DNA of 29,526 nucleotides from Verrucomicrobiota bacterium (GTDB taxonomy: Bacteria > Verrucomicrobiota > Verrucomicrobiia > Verrucomicrobiales > DEV007): positions 1-29,526 of the forward strand of contig JASFYY010000056.1 of the NCBI GenBank assembly GCA_045046875.1, given 5' to 3'. The notes under the pieces are model-generated. The model did not search any database, was not told the DNA's origin, and saw only the letters and a list, made by a program, of their open reading frames with translations. How positions within the stretch are numbered: the stretch's first letter is position 1; every line of letters starts with the position of its first letter. Both the position numbers and the translations under genes were made by a program. This document shows, piece after piece, positions 1 to 9,230 of the stretch.

Positions 1-1826
1 TAAAGAGATTTGGCAGGCATACCCACGCGCTTGCGCATCTCCAACACTTTGATCAAATCATCCCCATACTCCTGGTAGGTGATCGGAGAGGTCAGTCCAT
101 GTTCATTCATGTTGCGCAACTCCGCTTCCAGTTGAGCTTCGCTGCGAGAAAAAGCATTGATCTGAAACGGATACCGACTCTCCACTCCGATGCGCGAATG
201 ATGATAAAAAGAATGCACGTGCGGGCAAGGCTCCAATAAAAAAGGCAATACCCGCAACTTGATCGAAAGCTGGTCGTATTCTTGACCAGCTACCCGAATC
301 CGCACACTACCGACATACTCACCGGGCTTGGCATCCGCTGGAATATGCGCCGTGAGCCACACTTGCTTCAACGAATTCGCAGGGATGGTGAAAGGCTGTA
401 ATTGCGCCGAATCCCGGGGCAGCACATCCGTGTTTTTTTTCACATCAGAGTCAGAAATATCGACATACTGCAAATCACCGGAAGCGTTGCGGTGACGCAT
501 CAAATTACGCTGCCGGGTATTATCCAACCAAATCAAATTGTCATCCTTCAACAACAACTCCGGAACCAGATACCTTTTGCCCCCGGGCTTGTATCCTCCA
601 ATCCCCTTGATGCCAGCCTGATACCAAACCTTCACCACCCGCAAATCAATCACCCCGGCATCCAGGACATTCTGCCCGCTTTTCAAATCGCTCACCTGCA
701 AAGTGACATCTCTCATTTCATCATTGCTGAAAATCGCAAAAGTGGCGGGTTCGTATTCCCCCGGAGTAGCCGACAATTCAACCACATCCCCGGGAGCAGC
801 TTCGACCGGTAGCGCCTTGGGCAACAAAGTTTGGTCGGTGATCGCTGGTGGAAGGTAAATGATATTTTTGCGCTCAGGATTGGCTACACAGTATTCCCAC
901 AAACGATTCAAGTTCGGCACCACTCTTTGGATAGCTTGCAAATTCTCCTGCCACGCCACCGCCTCACTCGTCCTGATCCACGCCTTGCTCTTGAGTTTCC
1001 CCGCTACCTGAGCCGTCAACGTTTCAGCCATTCTCTCCACTTCTGCCGCAGAATCCAATACGTGCTGCTTGAACCCTTGCGGCAAGGTTTCACTCTTTTT
1101 CATCACGACTTGCAAAGCCGCTGCCTCTTTCCCAATACGACGTTTCCACTCAGTCGCATTCGCCAACTGCCGCGCCGACTCCTCAGCCACCAAAAGCTCA
1201 AACTCTTTCTCGCCCCCTCTTTTTGCATTGCCTGTGACCTTCAAATCATCGACATAGACCACCGCTCGCTGCCCCGGCTGAAATTTACCCCGGAACATCA
1301 GCGCTACCCGATCCACATAGCGATACACCTTGTCCGTTCCCAGCAACCTTATAGCATTTTCTGCGGTATTGTCGCCAATATCGATCTCAAAATACTGCCA
1401 TTTTTTGCTCGCTTGTTTGATCGGCGTTGCCGTAGCCACCCCGCTCGCTAACGATGGAGGCAAATCCAGGTTTCTACCAAAAGCCACACTCACCTCTGGT
1501 GGCAATTGCTCCACGTAGATATAACCGCTCAACTTCAAATCCCCTGTTGCAGGAATTTTGAGTGATTGGCTCGACCAATAACAATAACTCCCTTCGTGAA
1601 AAGTGAGATCAAACTTCAGCGACTGTTTGCCCGAATGTGATTTCTCTGTCGAGCTGCCGACAAAATTCACTTCGCTGGTATTTTTACCGCTCTGTGCCCA
1701 AGCTTTCCACCCCGCCCTTTCACTTTCCCCTTCAAAATCCTGCTGATAGGTGCTCGAAGGCGGCATCGCATACGAAGCCCTGACAAACAAAAACAACAAT
1801 AAAAGAATTTGCGCAAAATTCCTCAT
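1..1826 (-). CDS. Secreted protein with N-terminal carbohydrate-binding-like beta-sandwich, helical linker and GH123-like glycoside hydrolase region (3' end truncated by window start)
   Basis: Hand-translated from ATG (cat 1824-1826): MRNFAQILLLLFLFVRASYA (signal peptide), YQQDFEG...SHSGKQSLKFD...VVYVDDLKVTG (CBM-like), then LSATPGEYEPATFAI, VVKVWYQAG, LVPELLLKDD, KQVWLTAHIPADAKPGEYVGSV, EAELRNMNEHGLTSP. The frame is consistent at every segment checked down to position 3. It is absent from the ORF track, consistent with no stop before the edge. The family call rests on motif recollection only. Confidence 0.8.
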   Translation of the reverse strand, partial: MRNFAQILLLLFLFVRASYAMPPSSTYQQDFEGESERAGWKAWAQSGKNTSEVNFVGSSTEKSHSGKQSLKFDLTFHEGSYCYWSSQSLKIPATGDLKLSGYIYVEQLPPEVSVAFGRNLDLPPSLASGVATATPIKQASKKWQYFEIDIGDNTAENAIRLLGTDKVYRYVDRVALMFRGKFQPGQRAVVYVDDLKVTGNAKRGGEKEFELLVAEESARQLANATEWKRRIGKEAAALQVVMKKSETLPQGFKQHVLDSAAEVERMAETLTAQVAGKLKSKAWIRTSEAVAWQENLQAIQRVVPNLNRLWEYCVANPERKNIIYLPPAITDQTLLPKALPVEAAPGDVVELSATPGEYEPATFAIFSNDEMRDVTLQVSDLKSGQNVLDAGVIDLRVVKVWYQAGIKGIGGYKPGGKRYLVPELLLKDDNLIWLDNTRQRNLMRHRNASGDLQYVDISDSDVKKNTDVLPRDSAQLQPFTIPANSLKQVWLTAHIPADAKPGEYVGSVRIRVAGQEYDQLSIKLRVLPFLLEPCPHVHSFYHHSRIGVESRYPFQINAFSRSEAQLEAELRNMNEHGLTSPITYQEYGDDLIKVLEMRKRVGMPAKSL

Positions 1827-1830
1827 CCGA

Positions 1831-2289
1831 TCAATCCTTCACTGCCGCCCATATCGCAAGTTGAACAGGTGCACTCAGCGGCATCTCATGAATACCCAGA
1901 GCCATGCGCGCGTGCTCGCCCGCCTCACCAAACACTTCGTAAAGGAGGTCCGAAGCGCCATCGAGCACATCCGGATGACCACGAAAGCCTGAGCCGCAGT
2001 GGATAAAACCTTCGACCCGAACCAGCTCTTTGATATTATCCAAATCCCCAGCCGCCAGTTTGAGTTGGGCAATCGCATTGATCGCGCATTGCCTGGCCGC
2101 TTGATAGCCTTGCTCAACGCTCACCTCTTCACCCAAGCGCCCTTCACAAATCAGTTTATCTCCTACCCACGGCAATTGACCTGAAGTAATAATAAAAGGA
2201 CCACTACGCTTCACTGAAACATAATTCCCCACAGGCGCGGGTGCATCCGGCAATTCAATTCCCAATTCTTTCAATCTCTCTTCAATCAT
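1831..2289 (-). CDS. RidA/YjgF/YER057c/UK114 family protein
   Basis: IEERLKELGIELP-APAPVGNYV...SGQLP...DGASDLLYEVFGEAGEHARMALG...LSAPVQL; typical Rid-family motifs with the conserved Arg. Confidence 0.93.
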   Translation of the reverse strand: MIEERLKELGIELPDAPAPVGNYVSVKRSGPFIITSGQLPWVGDKLICEGRLGEEVSVEQGYQAARQCAINAIAQLKLAAGDLDNIKELVRVEGFIHCGSGFRGHPDVLDGASDLLYEVFGEAGEHARMALGIHEMPLSAPVQLAIWAAVKD

Positions 2290-2301
2290 AAATTTTATTG
2301 G

Positions 2302-3498
2302 TTAAACCACAATCACCCGTGGATACTGGGCGTAAGCTTCACGCCCGGTTTTCTTCAGAGCAATCTCATCATCTTCCTTGCTCGGTTGGATATGCCCGTC
2401 CTTGGCAATCCCACGCGACACCACCTGATGTCTGCCCTTGCTCGCGCCCTTCCACTCATAGGAAAAAAAGATCCAACAATGTTTGGCTCGCGGTTTTTCA
2501 TCCAGCTTCGCTTTCTCCCACTTGCCTTCATCCACGCGAACCTCCACCGATGCTATCTCCTCCGCATCCGGTCCCCACACCGCACCGTAAATCATCACAC
2601 CCTCTTTGCCATCCGCCGTTTTTTTGCGAGTCGCACGAGCAATGATCGATTTCAAATTCATCCGCCCGATGGAGGTTTCTTTGTAAACAATCTCACCATC
2701 TTTTTTGCGCTCACCGCGCAAAGTCACATACTCCCGCGCCATGTATTTGCCCATGTAAGGACGATCCCACACTTCGATCCCACGCAACCACTTCACGTTG
2801 GCGATTCCGTAATAACCAGGGCGAATCAGCCGTAGTGGAAAACCATTTTTAGCTGTCAGCGCCTTGTCATTCGCTTCGTAAGCCAAAATCGCGTTGGACG
2901 CCAGTGCTTCATCAATCGGAATACTGCGGGCAAAATGAAAAGGAATGTCCTCCTCCTTTTTCCCCACCTTCATCTTCTCGATTTTTTTATCATAACCATA
3001 AAAAACCACCTCACGGGCGTTTTTTTTGATCCCCGCCGCTTTGAGAAAATCCGCCAGCGATGTGCCGGTAAACTTGGCATTATAAATCGCCGCCATGAAA
3101 CCCTCCGACACGCCATTGCCCGAACACTCCAAAGTCATCAGGTGTTCCTTTTTGGGCAAAGCCTTGATCTCTTCCAACGAAAACGAATTGGCATTCTCCA
3201 CCTCCCCGGAAATTTCCAAACGATAATCTTTTTCCGCCGGCACCTTTGGATAACCGTAATGTGCCACCGAAAATACCTGCTCTTGTGGCGTGATCCACGA
3301 ATCGAGTCCCTCCCAATCCAACTGCCCGGGTTTGGCGCGCGGCGCACCTTCAAAAGGGATCCACTCTTCATCCGCCGCCGCTGCAAAAATTGAACTCGAA
3401 AAACCTCCCACCGCCAGAGTTCCTGCGGCAGCAACCCCTCCCTTGAGCAGCTCTCTTCTTTCCATGGGGTTTTGTTGTTTGTTTTTCATGCTTTTCAT
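2302..3498 (-). CDS. Tat-exported molybdopterin oxidoreductase, sulfite oxidase family (SorA/SoxC-like); start may be 3489 or 3465
   Basis: Twin-arginine signal ERRELLKGG followed by a hydrophobic stretch. Moco-binding Cys in TLECSGN; NGFPLRLIRPGYYGIANVKWL; C-terminal Ig-like dimerisation region (IASVEVRVDEGKW...GRHQVVSRG). Confidence 0.9.
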   Translation of the reverse strand: MKSMKNKQQNPMERRELLKGGVAAAGTLAVGGFSSSIFAAAADEEWIPFEGAPRAKPGQLDWEGLDSWITPQEQVFSVAHYGYPKVPAEKDYRLEISGEVENANSFSLEEIKALPKKEHLMTLECSGNGVSEGFMAAIYNAKFTGTSLADFLKAAGIKKNAREVVFYGYDKKIEKMKVGKKEEDIPFHFARSIPIDEALASNAILAYEANDKALTAKNGFPLRLIRPGYYGIANVKWLRGIEVWDRPYMGKYMAREYVTLRGERKKDGEIVYKETSIGRMNLKSIIARATRKKTADGKEGVMIYGAVWGPDAEEIASVEVRVDEGKWEKAKLDEKPRAKHCWIFFSYEWKGASKGRHQVVSRGIAKDGHIQPSKEDDEIALKKTGREAYAQYPRVIVV

Positions 3499-3842
3499 CT
3501 TTTTTTGAGGGTATCAGGCTAGACTGATGCTATTTGGACTTTCCGATAAGATCATCAAGAGAGACCACCAATTCAACAACCTTTTTTGGACAAGGGATGA
3601 AAGTCAACCATCTGTGGAAAGTTCTCAATAGTCTTGCTCCCGGAGGATTAGGATTACCTTAAGGGATTGTCCAACCATTTCATAAAAGCCATACGACGCT
3701 CAAACTAAAAATACCCCGCCTCGATGCAACCATGCTGCGGCTGCGGCAATCCTCCAAAAATCGATGGCTGTATTGCACTGGGTATGGAACGAGTGTTTGC
3801 TACACCCACCTGTCGAGTCTTCAATCGTCACCACTTAATACC

Positions 3843-6545
3843 ATGCCTTTTCACCAAACTTTCCAAACAGTGGCTGCCGGTTTCGATGTCAACCCCACTA
3901 CCGGACTCTCCAGCAACCAGGTTTCGCAGCGCTTGGAAAAATACGGTCCTAACGCGCTCACCGAAGACAAAGCCAAATCGGCACTGATTCTCTTTCTAGA
4001 ACAATTCAAAAACCCACTGCTGATCATCCTGATTATCGCCTCGATCATTTCAGCATCCACCGGGCACACGGTGGACGCCATCGCAATTGCTGTGATTGTG
4101 ATGATCAACGCTTTTATTTCCTTTTTCCAAGAATTGAAAGCTCAAAAGTCCTTGGACTCGCTCAAAAAAATGGCCGCTCCCACCTCGACATTACTCAGGG
4201 ATGGTAATTGGGTCTCGCTCCCTTCGCGCGAGATCGTACCTGGCGATATCATCAAGCTCGACACCGGAGACGTGACGGGAGCCGACCTGCGTTTGTTCAA
4301 GGCGCAGCGCCTCCAGATTGACGAAAGCATGCTCACAGGTGAATCCTTACCTTCCGACAAATCGACCGATGCCATTTTGGAGCAAAAAGTAGCCCTCGGC
4401 GACCAGGACAACATGGCCTTCATGAGCACCATTGTCTCCGGCGGCAATGGCATCGGCGTGGTCACTTCCACCGGAATGAATACAGAGGTGGGTCATATCG
4501 CCAAGTTGATGGCCTCCACTGGAACCACCCTGACTCCACTACAAAAACGCCTGCATTCGCTTTCCAAAATCCTCATCGGAGCCGCGTTGCTGGTGGTTGC
4601 CATCGTGATCGGAATAGGGATTCTCCATGGCATGGATTTGCTCGAAATGCTCAACACCGGAATCTCTCTGTCTGTGGCGGCGATCCCCGAGGGCCTCCCT
4701 ACCGTAGTCACCATAGTGCTCACCATTGGCTCCCAACGCATGGCGCGCTCGAATGCACTGGTGCGCCAACTGGCTTCGGTGGAAACCCTTGGCTCGACCA
4801 CCGTGATCTGCTCGGACAAAACCGGCACGCTCACGCAGAACCAAATGCAGGTAACCCACATCAACGTGGCTGGAGAAAACTACGAAGTGTCCGGACGGGG
4901 CTTTGATCCGCAGGGAACCATCACCGACTCGAATGGGGAGGAAATCAATCCCTCACCCGATTCCGAACTAACCCGACTCCTCTCTTATTCCTCACTATGC
5001 AACGAAGCCACACTGGTTGAAAAAGACGGTCAATGGTCAGTGCGTGGCAATCCTACCGAGGGAGCTTTACTGGTAGCCGCGGGCAAAGCTGGCATCGATC
5101 GGCAGAGCCTCAACGATGCAGGTTACGAATTACTGAAAACTTTTCCTTTTGACTCCACTCGCAAAATGATGAGCGTGCTGGTTCGCAGCCCTGACGGAAA
5201 TGTTTACGCAGTGGTCAAAGGTGCTCCCGATGTGATCCTGCAACAGTCCACTCATCTTGCTCGAGCGGACGACCTTGCCCGCAAACAGAGCGCTCACACC
5301 GATGCCGAGGTCAATGCAGTGATCGATCGTTTTGGCCGGCATGCTTTGCGCAATCTCGCTGTAGCTTTTCGAAAGCTCGATCCTGGCGAAGAGGATGGCG
5401 AACACGAAAGTCTTTTTGAAAAAAATCTCACCCTGCTCGGTATCCACGGCATGATCGATCCGCCCCGCCCCGAAGTGATCGACTCGATCAGCCAATGCCG
5501 GGCGGCAGGAATCCGCACAGTCATGATCACCGGAGACCATGCCTCAACCGCAGCGGCTATCGCCCGAGCCATCGGCATCATCCAACAGACCGACGAATTG
5601 GTGATTACAGGAGTAGAACTCGACGCCATGTCAGACGAGGATCTACGCAAAAATGTTTCCCTCACGGCGGTTTTTGCCCGGGTATCACCTGAGCACAAAT
5701 TACGCATCGTGAACGCGCTGCAAGCAGAAGGCCACGTCACCGCCATGACCGGCGACGGGGTCAACGACGCGCCCGCTCTGCGTGCAGCCGACATTGGTGT
5801 CGCGATGGGAATCACTGGCACCCAGGTGGCCAAAGACTCCGCAGAACTAGTGCTACTGGACGACAACTTTTCAACCATTGTTTGTGCCGTGCGCGAGGGG
5901 CGACGCATCTTCGACAATACACTTAAATTCATCCGCCAGGAACTCACTTCCAATGTTGCAGAAATTTCAGCCATCCTCTTCGCTTTTATCATGAGCAAAG
6001 ACACTCCGTTGTTACCGCTCACCGCCTTGATGATCTTATGGGTTAACCTGGTCAGCGACGGTTTACCCGCCCTTGCTCTTGGAATGGACAACGAAGAAGG
6101 CGATCTCATGCAGCGCAAGCCACGCGCCAAGAGTGCCAGCTTCTTCGACGGCGCCCTGCCCCAACGCATCGTGATTCGCGGGTTGGCCCTGGGTTATCTG
6201 ACTTATTACCTTTTCGCTTTCACTATCGAAAAAGGCAATTCAATGGCCTACGCCCAGACCATCGCCTTCGCCACCATCATCTTCGGGCAACTCATTCACG
6301 TTTTCGACAGCCGCACTTTCACCACCATTTACCGCCGCAATCCCTTCGGCAACCATTGGGTGCTACTAGCGGTAACAGGATCCGCAACCCTTTCGTTACT
6401 GGTGATCTACACCCCCATCGGTCAACTCGTTTTTGGCACCGTAGCCCTGCAAGGACGCCACCTTGCCATGTTAATCTCTATCAGCTCGCTGCCTACCCTG
6501 GCACTGAGTGCCATCAAAGAGATATTCCACATCAAATGGCTTTGA
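3843..6545 (+). CDS. P-type cation-transporting ATPase, type II (Ca2+-ATPase, YloB/SERCA-like)
   Basis: TGES, VAAIPEGLP, phosphorylation motif DKTGTLT, KGAPD, TGDH, TGDGVNDAPAL, TM5 SNVAE, TM6 NLVSD. ATG at 3843 (MPFHQT) is preferred over the ORF-track start 3732 because the GLSSNQVSQRLEKYGPN motif follows shortly. Confidence 0.95.
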   Translation: MPFHQTFQTVAAGFDVNPTTGLSSNQVSQRLEKYGPNALTEDKAKSALILFLEQFKNPLLIILIIASIISASTGHTVDAIAIAVIVMINAFISFFQELKAQKSLDSLKKMAAPTSTLLRDGNWVSLPSREIVPGDIIKLDTGDVTGADLRLFKAQRLQIDESMLTGESLPSDKSTDAILEQKVALGDQDNMAFMSTIVSGGNGIGVVTSTGMNTEVGHIAKLMASTGTTLTPLQKRLHSLSKILIGAALLVVAIVIGIGILHGMDLLEMLNTGISLSVAAIPEGLPTVVTIVLTIGSQRMARSNALVRQLASVETLGSTTVICSDKTGTLTQNQMQVTHINVAGENYEVSGRGFDPQGTITDSNGEEINPSPDSELTRLLSYSSLCNEATLVEKDGQWSVRGNPTEGALLVAAGKAGIDRQSLNDAGYELLKTFPFDSTRKMMSVLVRSPDGNVYAVVKGAPDVILQQSTHLARADDLARKQSAHTDAEVNAVIDRFGRHALRNLAVAFRKLDPGEEDGEHESLFEKNLTLLGIHGMIDPPRPEVIDSISQCRAAGIRTVMITGDHASTAAAIARAIGIIQQTDELVITGVELDAMSDEDLRKNVSLTAVFARVSPEHKLRIVNALQAEGHVTAMTGDGVNDAPALRAADIGVAMGITGTQVAKDSAELVLLDDNFSTIVCAVREGRRIFDNTLKFIRQELTSNVAEISAILFAFIMSKDTPLLPLTALMILWVNLVSDGLPALALGMDNEEGDLMQRKPRAKSASFFDGALPQRIVIRGLALGYLTYYLFAFTIEKGNSMAYAQTIAFATIIFGQLIHVFDSRTFTTIYRRNPFGNHWVLLAVTGSATLSLLVIYTPIGQLVFGTVALQGRHLAMLISISSLPTLALSAIKEIFHIKWL

Positions 6546-6863
6546 CAGCCTACAGTAAAAAGCCCCCCATGCTGACAACCGCCCGCTGATTAAACTCGAG
6601 ATAGGTTTGCCTGCGATGAACTGGCTCGATTGCTGACCAAAAACAATGAGGCAAAGGGCAATGCGGGAGCGGCGGAAAGAACAGCAAGGCGCGTTTCATA
6701 CTTTCAGTAGGTGCCGGACTACGCAATCCCCCGATCGCTATATTGGCAGCCAAGTCTTTCCTGATCAGCTAGTGGCAACTATCCCCTTGTTCGTTATGAT
6801 AATAGCCGTGGGCGATAAAAATCGGCAAGAAAGTTGTTGTGTGAACAATGATTGGGCATAACC

Positions 6864-6888
6864 GGAAAGTTGACCCGAACGACTTTCC
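6864..6888. terminator. Hairpin between convergent genes (possible terminator)
   Basis: GGAAAGTTG-acccgaa-CGACTTTCC, 9-bp stem with one G-U pair; no clear U-tract on either side. Confidence 0.3.
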
Positions 6889-6998
6889 TCGCAACTGCAT
6901 GAGATCCCTGATATCCGCAGTTAAACTCTTTTTAAATGGTTCGTATAAACCTGAATAGCTACGATTCCTTTTTTATAAACTCAAGCTCGTGGTCTCAA

Positions 6999-7697
6999 CT
7001 ATTTCTTTTCCAGCAAGTCATCCGGCGACAAGGCCACTTGCTGCTGCAATCTGCCCTCCTTCGTCACCGTGACCACCACTTTTTTCCTCAAGCCCCCGGA
7101 AGGATGAATCACCACCAAATCATACTGTCCCGGCGGCACATTGTGAAATTCAAACTTGCCATCCGCCTTCGTCACCACAGCATAGGAATGATCAAAGACA
7201 AAAATCCACGCGTGCATCTGGCTGTGCAAACCACAGCGAATATCAATAGGGCTTTTTTCATTACCCGCCGAGGGGAATTTACGGATCAGTGATTTGCCAA
7301 TCGGCGTCATCACATTAAAAGCATCCTTGCCCCCCATCGCCGCCACATTATGCAGCGCCTTGTCGCTATTAAGAAACTCCACCTCGTCCCCAGCCTGAAT
7401 CGCCAGCACCTCGGGCAAATACTCGAAGTTCTTCTGATCCATCAACCACTTTTTTCCTTTCCTCAACTTACCAGCCAGCCCTTTACCCGACAAACAAACC
7501 AGCGTCTCCGCCAACGGCCCACTCTTCCCATTTTTCAAATAATAGCGCCCGTAACGCCACGGCCGTTCGACATCTGGCTGATAAGTCACCACCCCAGCCA
7601 CCGCCGCCCCCTTCGTCGCTGAATCCTCCCCAGCTCTCAACTCCACAGCGCTCAGCAGCAACAAAAAAGCCCCACAATAACTCAAAACCTTCATCAT
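6999..7697 (-). CDS. Secreted cupredoxin-domain protein with C-terminal carboxypeptidase-regulatory-like beta-sandwich
   Basis: Signal peptide. MDQKNFEYLPEVLAIQAGDEVEFLNSDKALHNV and C-G-L-H-S-Q-M supply His/Cys/His/Met type-1 Cu ligands, followed by VTKADGKFEFHNVPPGQYDLVVIHP. SD-like GAGGGGG upstream on the minus strand. Confidence 0.85.
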   Translation of the reverse strand: MMKVLSYCGAFLLLLSAVELRAGEDSATKGAAVAGVVTYQPDVERPWRYGRYYLKNGKSGPLAETLVCLSGKGLAGKLRKGKKWLMDQKNFEYLPEVLAIQAGDEVEFLNSDKALHNVAAMGGKDAFNVMTPIGKSLIRKFPSAGNEKSPIDIRCGLHSQMHAWIFVFDHSYAVVTKADGKFEFHNVPPGQYDLVVIHPSGGLRKKVVVTVTKEGRLQQQVALSPDDLLEKK

Positions 7698-7706
7698 CTT
7701 TCCCCC

Positions 7707-7744
7707 TCAGTGTCTATCAGTGAAAATCAGTGGTTAAAAAATTC
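7707..7744 (-). repeat. 10-bp-periodic intergenic element, copy 1
   Basis: TCAGTG at 7707, 7717 and 7727, followed by GTTAAAAAATTC. The minus strand reads GAATTTTTTAACCACTGATTTTCACTGATAGACACTGA. Confidence 0.75.
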
Positions 7745-7760
7745 GTTCACACTTTTCCGT

Positions 7761-8978
7761 CTAACGATTCCCCTTCACCACAAAATTCCCTGCCACCTTG
7801 GACTCTTCCAACTTATCAAAACCACCCTCGGTATTGATCAGTAGATTATTAGCAAACACCACCTGCCGCGCTGCCTTGCCTTCGATGACCAGCGCCTTGG
7901 TCGATAGATTGGAAAAAGTATTACCCGTGATGTTCAACACCGAAGCATCCTTCAATACAATGCCGCTGGCCACATTGTCTTCGACTTTCCCTTTAAACTC
8001 CCCATCCCCAATCGATCGATCCGCAAAAGTATTACCACTGATCGTCAAAGCCCGGCACTTACCGTCCACCGACACCGCCCGCTTCGCCATGATAGTGAAA
8101 GTATTGCCCGTGATCGACGTACCATGCACGTCCTCCATCACCACCCCGCCCTTGCGGTTAGCAGTGAAAATATTCGACCCCACGATGGTGGCGTAAGTAT
8201 TGTTTTTTAATACCACCCCGATGCCCTCACACTGCTCGATCATATTCGCCGATATCGTATTGCCCATCGAGTTGTCCAATACCACCCCGTTGCGCAAGTG
8301 ATCATCAATAATATTGCTGACAAAAGTCAGATTAAAACCATCCACAAACTGCAAAGCATCCCTGTTCTCCTCAAACTGCGTGCCACTGACAATTGAATCA
8401 TGATTGCCCAGAATATAGACTCCCGTGCCCTTGTTATAAGTCACCAGGGAATCCGCCAAGCGCGCATCCTCCAGACAATACAACATGTGAATGCCATCAC
8501 CCCCGTGATAACTCACCGTCACCCCTTCGAGATAAATTTCATTCACCCACACAGCATCAATGCCATGCCCCGATTTTTCATTCCCCGTGATACGCATATC
8601 CGAGACTTGCACCCGCCAGCGATACTTGCGTTTATTATTAGCCGTCGCACGATCAAACTCCCCTTCTGGCACGATCATCAGCGCCGCTTGCCCCTCCTCA
8701 TTGGCATTATGAATATGCGTCGCCGTGCCCACCCCGCGCAAACTCACATCCTCACCCGTAATCACCAAAGGCTCATCAATCACAAACTTGCCCGCTGGCA
8801 ACAGCACCACACCGCCCTCTGCCGGCAAAGCATCAATCGCCTCCTGAATGCTCGCATAATGAATCGCCTCAATGCTCACCCGCGCACCCGGCAGTTTCAC
8901 TTCACTTGGTTCCGCTGCCAAAACAGACAACCCACTCATCATTCCTACCAATAAAATTGTAATCGCTGTTTTTTTCAT
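7761..8978 (-). CDS. Secreted right-handed parallel beta-helix (pectin-lyase-fold) protein
   Basis: MKKTAITILLVGMMSGLSVLAA signal peptide (ATG at 8978 preferred over 9020); SIQEAIDALPAEGGVVLLPAGKF cap; repeated ISANMI/VGSNIF/ITGNTF/ISGNTF/FANNLL Asn-ladder coils. Confidence 0.88.
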   Translation of the reverse strand: MKKTAITILLVGMMSGLSVLAAEPSEVKLPGARVSIEAIHYASIQEAIDALPAEGGVVLLPAGKFVIDEPLVITGEDVSLRGVGTATHIHNANEEGQAALMIVPEGEFDRATANNKRKYRWRVQVSDMRITGNEKSGHGIDAVWVNEIYLEGVTVSYHGGDGIHMLYCLEDARLADSLVTYNKGTGVYILGNHDSIVSGTQFEENRDALQFVDGFNLTFVSNIIDDHLRNGVVLDNSMGNTISANMIEQCEGIGVVLKNNTYATIVGSNIFTANRKGGVVMEDVHGTSITGNTFTIMAKRAVSVDGKCRALTISGNTFADRSIGDGEFKGKVEDNVASGIVLKDASVLNITGNTFSNLSTKALVIEGKAARQVVFANNLLINTEGGFDKLEESKVAGNFVVKGNR

Positions 8979-9078
8979 CTGACGCAAGGAGCCACCAAAG
9001 CCTCTCCACAGCAAGAGCAAATACCCCTCACTTTTTTATGAAATCAATTTAATCCCCCCCCTCCATCATCCACCAATT

Positions 9079-9100
9079 GTAGAGCGGCCGCTCCGGCTGC
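9079..9100 (+). repeat. REP-like GTAG-hairpin element
   Basis: GTAGA-GCGGCCG-ctc-CGGCTGC: a GTAG tetranucleotide followed by a GC-rich imperfect palindrome in intergenic DNA; single copy in the window. Confidence 0.4.
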
Positions 9101-9230
9101 CATCAATAACTTAATACAGACCGCCCCATCCAAAGCATCCCACTTGACCTCCAAAGCCTTCGCTAAAAAAAGCTGCGCAACCGGCCTCTTTCCCTCCCCT
9201 TCGACTCTTCTTACCCTGGCGTGAAAGCAC

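Noticed and set aside
402..1518. Plus-strand ORFs 402-812, 831-1451 and smaller ones
   Set aside because: Antisense shadows of the real minus-strand gene at 1-1826; no recognisable motifs.
3499..3842. Riboswitch (yybP-ykoY, M-box or Moco) between the molybdoenzyme and the P-type ATPase
   Set aside because: No consensus elements recognised; only a short ATCAG-N6-CTGAT inverted repeat near 3513-3528. An Rfam scan would be decisive.
3732..3842. 37-aa N-terminal extension of the P-type ATPase
   Set aside because: Not family-like; the ATG at 3843 gives a typical N-terminus.
5294..6169. 291-aa minus-strand ORF
   Set aside because: Antisense shadow of the conserved ATPase coding region.
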